Below are positions 59,642 through 64,000 of a stretch of 64,000 bases of DNA, in pieces (the stretch's first letter is position 1; every line of letters begins with the position of its first letter). The stretch lies in NCBI RefSeq assembly GCF_011745625.1, contig NW_027191499.1:62001-126000 (forward strand). The letters are read 5' to 3'. The stretch comes from Cladosporium halotolerans. Its lineage: Eukaryota. The translations under genes and the position numbers were made by a program. Under the pieces are notes generated by a model, which was given only the letters and a program-made list of their open reading frames with translations, was not told the DNA's origin and ran no database searches.

Positions 59642-62183
59642 TCACCACGCGCCATCGCCACTTCTGCTGCCAGTCCCATAGTCGCAATCCCACATCGGGT
59701 CCCAGAACCAGTAAAAGCCGTTACTGGCGTCAGCTGAGCCCGTACTCCACTCACTGGAAACTGTAGCGGCGCCCATGTCGAACTGTGGCAGCTCGCCTAC
59801 GTTGTCAAAAGCGCGTGTATCACCAAGAAAGTTTGTTAAGTCTGCAGCCAATGCCGGGCCATGAATGTTTTCTGCTTCTGCATGCTGTGAATCTAGAAAC
59901 GCAGGGATAGTGAACGCTGAGAAAGGTCAGCTAGGTCATATTGCGATCGGGTTTCTCGCCTACCTCGCTGGACAGAAGCTAAGCCATCGTTAAATCGTGA
60001 GTGAGGTTGCGAAGGTGCAACCTCCGTTGATGATGAACTGTTGCGTGGCAAAGTAGAAGTCAGACTTCCCAGCGGCATCTCTAGCGTCTCCCGAACTGAA
60101 GCATATGAGGGGTGAGGGTGCGCTTCATTGGCATTTTCGGAAACGGTATCAGGCTCCCAGGTGACGTCAAGCAACATGGCTTCAGATTCTCTACGCGACA
60201 AGAGTAAGACAAGGTCTCGCAAGACGATGATACTTCGCTTCGATAGACTGGATCGAGCACCGAGGGCTCCCTGCAGCCTGTAGATGCGAGCGATGGCTCT
60301 TTTGGCCTCTTGCGCTGCGTTGGTCAAAGGATCTGACAAAGCGATGACTATCATCACGATTGCAGCATTGAAGAGATTGATAGCCAGAAAAGCGACAAGG
60401 TGGCCGTCGCAAGCAAGTTCAGTGAGCCGAGGCAACTGGACCACGCTAGTTGTCCTCGCGGCGGCCTTCCACCATTGCTCCTGACTGCTGTGGCCCGGTA
60501 AAACCACATCTTCTTCCGGAGGTGACGATCTGGCAGGCCATGTCGACTCCTGCGGTTGGGCGTCTCGAAGGCCGGAGACGCCGAGCCCGTGATCTCCACC
60601 AAGCCCATGACTTTGCAGTACCTCCATTTGCGGCCTGAGGAATGGTCGGTGTAGGATGATGAGCAGGCTGTCGAATGTCAAATGCAATGAAAGCGATTGC
60701 AGGTAATGTGCTTTCCGACCAAAGTCAAGTGAAGGAGGACAATCCTCGGATGTGTCGAGTGATAGGTCACTCGGCAAGCCATGCCGCCACTGCCACAGCC
60801 GAGACGTCACCTCCTCTACCAAGAGGAGGTACTCGTGAGCTTTGGAGCAAGTTGTGGTCTTGGTAGGTCTGTAAACCTGCTTGATCGCTGGAGACGCTAT
60901 TAGGTAAAGTTTGTTCAATTCCCTCTGGTAGGCGGAGAAGCAAATTGGAGCAGCACCTGAGCCCTCTTCATTCTTGAAGTCGATGGTTTCTTCAACATCT
61001 CCAGGCATCGACACGCTGCAATCGTCGTCGTGGATGCTCACAGGGCGGCCATAGGTGACCGAGGAAAACCGGTCCCATGTATAAACAGTCCACCACACAC
61101 GCTTCCGTTCTTCTTGCTCCGCATCTGACACACTAGTAGATTCCTTGTGTAGTCCAGCTGCATGCGCCGATTTTATGGTCGCGCCCAGCAATGAGAAAGA
61201 GAGGTTCGGCCGTCCATGGTATACAAAGAATGAGCCGAGCAAGATCAATGTTTGCACCGCTGTCACTGAGCTCTGGTCCAAAAGCTCTACGATTTGTGAC
61301 TCGGCATTGGCAATGAGTCTCCCGCTCCACGACCGCGACTCTGCAGGCGTTGGCTGCTCCGACGTATGCTGTCTTTGCCCACGATACCAGGCGCCTAGCC
61401 CGAGCACTACCGACAACAACAAGAGGAACGGACGCTGAGAGGGCCGCGCGCGTCCTGTGCGTATTGAATCGAAGGCGGGCCGGAAGCGAGGTTCATAGAT
61501 GACCAACGAGAACCAGTGCACAGAGTTGAAGTACTCCTCCAGGAAAGCGATCATAACTTCATCCGAGGGTAGGTCATGGGTGAGGTAAGACGAGGCTGCT
61601 CGCTGGCCGGCCACGGTATCCGACCCTCTGTTGTCCCGCTCCCTTGCTCTTGATGCATGGCCGGTAGGCTTGCGCCCTTCGTCCACTGTTCGTGTCGGGG
61701 TATTCTAGTCCGTCTCAGCCTCTCATGGTATGTATGATTGCTCGTCCGTCAATGCCCATCACCTCTTGTGCAGGTCGCGCGCTCCGGTTCCCGTTGCGAC
61801 CGACGTCCGTACTTGACTCGCTCGGTAGGAAGGAGCTCTCGTCATGACTGCGGCGCCTGCGTTTCCTGCGGCCCTCGGACTCATCCTCGACTGTTCGCGC
61901 ATTCGCTCCCGGTAGTCGCCTTTGGACGGTATTGTCGACTCTACTGTTGGAGCTGGAAATAGAAGGACGACTTGTGTTTGCGCAATGAGCATTTGCGCGT
62001 AGACATAGTGAGCATGGTCGGAACGAATCACACTGTTGTACTCGGGTCAATGTCCTAGAATTGTGAAGCTTCTGTGAACCGAGCGTCGGCGGTCACAGTC
62101 ATTATACGTACCCGAGACTTGTTCCGCCGGCAACGGTCGCAAGCTGCAGTAACTCGTGTCGGTAGCATACGGTGGGAATCCAT
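59642..62183 (-). CDS. Zn2Cys6 transcription factor with fungal middle homology region
   Basis: Spliced ACDRCRRNKSR|CDSFRPCSLCLRANAHC, then AGLHKE, ERKRVWWTVYTWDR and ILHRPF. Acidic/aromatic C-terminal exon. Confidence 0.9.
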
Positions 62184-62229
62184 TGCTAGGTATACTCGAG
62201 GATATCTTCGAGTTGGTTTCGCTCGGCGA

Positions 62230-62680
62230 TCTCTACACTACTAGTATGTACTAGTAAATACTAAACCCCAAACGATAACTTGTAAGCCAAATTTTGGCTT
62301 AAGGCATAATTAACCGCACTCCTTTTTATTTAGAAATATGATCTCGAATAGTTTCAATACTCCTATAATATAGCTTCTATAAGTTTTTTTTATACTAACG
62401 AGAATTCTATAATTAAGATACAATTTTAATAGGATATATTCTTAACTACATTTATAGCTATTAAGCTACAAGGAAGACTTTATTATAATCTAGATTATAA
62501 TAAAGCATACTAGTATATCTTGAAAATATAAGTTAGCTTTCGTTCTTACTTAGATAGGAATTATATTATTACTAATCTCACTAATTCTAGATAACTCTGA
62601 AAATTATAAGTACTAAAATACTACTAGTAAATTTAAGTATATATACGCTTAAGCACTCTAGTAATTTGCTTGAGTAGCTT
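62230..62680. repeat. AT-rich RIP-like island (degenerate repeat remnant)
   Basis: Abrupt rise in AT and TpA with loss of CpA/TpG. No family recognisable; boundaries approximate. Confidence 0.65.
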
Positions 62681-63853
62681 CTTAGTATCCGCCGGCCGTA
62701 AAATCCCCTGATTAGAGCCAAATCCATTATACTCGTCTATTACGCTCTCCAAAATCTCAATCTGATCACTAGAGAGTATGCTAGGCTCTTCGAGGCCTTG
62801 ATCTTCGTGTAAACCAAGCACATGCTCCATCCGGTCCACTAAGTAATGCAAGTGGTTGCAATAGAATATACCTTGGGCGCAGGACGTCTTCAGAGACCCG
62901 TCTTGGGGCATAAGGTCAGGCATCTCGTTCGGAGGTCCAAGATCGGTTCTTTCAATTCGTTCTACCAACCTGTCAATCATGAACTCGTATATGTAGAGAA
63001 GCCGGCTGAAGACGCTTGTTATGCCCGCAGCTAGAGGGGGCGAAAGGTGTCCCGAAAGAGATTGCGGCAGTCGAGCCATCCCAGAATGCAATCTCTGATG
63101 GGTGCTTCTCAATTGGTATTCGGCGTTGAGAATGCTAAGTTGCAGACGCTCTAGAATTTGCAAGAACGATTCCGATGTCATCATCACGAAGTTCGCGAGC
63201 GTGCTGTTGTCCAGGAACAGCGGACTGTCTCGATAGACGATCGCATCGAAATCCAGCGTTTGCATCATCGATACTATCATGGCGCCGCGGGTCTGTAACT
63301 CGGAATACAATCTGCCAAGTTTGGCCTCATCATCCTCGAAGATGTGAAATTTTGATGAGCTCGGGACCTCAACAGACGTGTTGCGTGAAGATTGGTGTGT
63401 ACTTTTCCAAGGATAAATTTGAAGCGCACTCGCTTCTTCAGAGGTCTCGTTCACATCCATGGGGAGCAGTGAAAAGTCATTGTTCACCTCGGGGTCCGCT
63501 GCAGATATTGGAGAAAGTTCTGTAATCTCGACAATTGGCGGAGAAGATTGCGCTGGCGCGATGTTGTCCGCGCCGAGGAGGAACATTGAATTGGTCGACT
63601 CATGGACGTGTCCCTCGCGTTGACGAAAGGCTTTCTTCGCGCATTGGCCCTTTGGTCTTACACGCTTGGATTGAGGGCGCGATGTCGAGGTTCTCGGGCG
63701 ACCGACCGACTTTCGCTCTCCGATGTAGCAATGTGTATCGAGCATCATACAACGCGCACATTTTGAATCATGTGGTCGGATGCGTTGGCAGCGCGTTTTG
63801 TGTTTTTTGCATACCTCGCAGGAAGTGCGTCTTTGCGAAGGGTGGACGTTCAT
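62633..63853 (-). CDS. Zn2Cys6 transcription factor lacking a clear middle homology region; 3' end RIP-affected
   Basis: SCEVCKKHKTRCQRIRPHDSKCARCMMLDTHC followed by VGRPR. Intronless. Confidence 0.82.
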   Translation of the reverse strand: MNVHPSQRRTSCEVCKKHKTRCQRIRPHDSKCARCMMLDTHCYIGERKSVGRPRTSTSRPQSKRVRPKGQCAKKAFRQREGHVHESTNSMFLLGADNIAPAQSSPPIVEITELSPISAADPEVNNDFSLLPMDVNETSEEASALQIYPWKSTHQSSRNTSVEVPSSSKFHIFEDDEAKLGRLYSELQTRGAMIVSMMQTLDFDAIVYRDSPLFLDNSTLANFVMMTSESFLQILERLQLSILNAEYQLRSTHQRLHSGMARLPQSLSGHLSPPLAAGITSVFSRLLYIYEFMIDRLVERIERTDLGPPNEMPDLMPQDGSLKTSCAQGIFYCNHLHYLVDRMEHVLGLHEDQGLEEPSILSSDQIEILESVIDEYNGFGSNQGILRPADTKKLLKQITRVLKRIYT

Positions 63854-64000
63854 GGCGCCAGGCCGATGACGGATTTGCCTCAACGTGCGTCGAAGGATTG
63901 TGGGTGATAGTGTGCAGCGGCATGCTCGCTGTGATGATAGTCAGGTGCTACGGCCGAGACGAAGTTGGACCGTGCAAAAATGTCCAGGCGTCGGAGGGTT

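Noticed and set aside
1..64000. CRISPR array, tRNA/rRNA, Starship captain, PKS/NRPS backbone
   Set aside because: No repeat-spacer arrays, cloverleaf boxes, tyrosine-recombinase or megasynthase motifs were seen by eye. Small RNAs could have been missed without covariance searches.

Overview
Gene-dense eukaryotic DNA from a filamentous ascomycete, judged from short introns with CTRAC branch sites, Zn2Cys6 regulators and RIP-mutated repeats. The left part (1-21 kb) holds a secreted amidase, a GMC oxidoreductase, a UPF0183 protein, kinesin-5 bimC, squalene synthase ERG9, APC11, a TUM1-type sulfurtransferase and an MDR reductase. A hairpin-rich intergenic stretch there carries a telomere-template-like motif. 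The right part (21-64 kb) is a string of small accessory modules: an HSPA12-like Hsp70 head-to-head with an unknown partner; a CYP53-like P450 with an MFS permease; a maltose permease; an amidase/PuuE-like hydrolase/NCS1 nitrogen cluster; an alpha-dioxygenase/heme-thiolate peroxygenase/FAD-oxidase trio; a sterol-glucosyltransferase-like GT1; and an ALDH/polyol dehydrogenase/sugar porter/Zn2Cys6 cluster interrupted by a RIP-inactivated two-ORF Tc1/IS630 transposon. Best candidates for something new: the alpha-DOX/peroxygenase oxylipin module, the candidate structured (telomerase-like) RNA, the Hsp70/partner pair and the transposon's second ORF. All family calls come from motifs read by eye; no searches were run.
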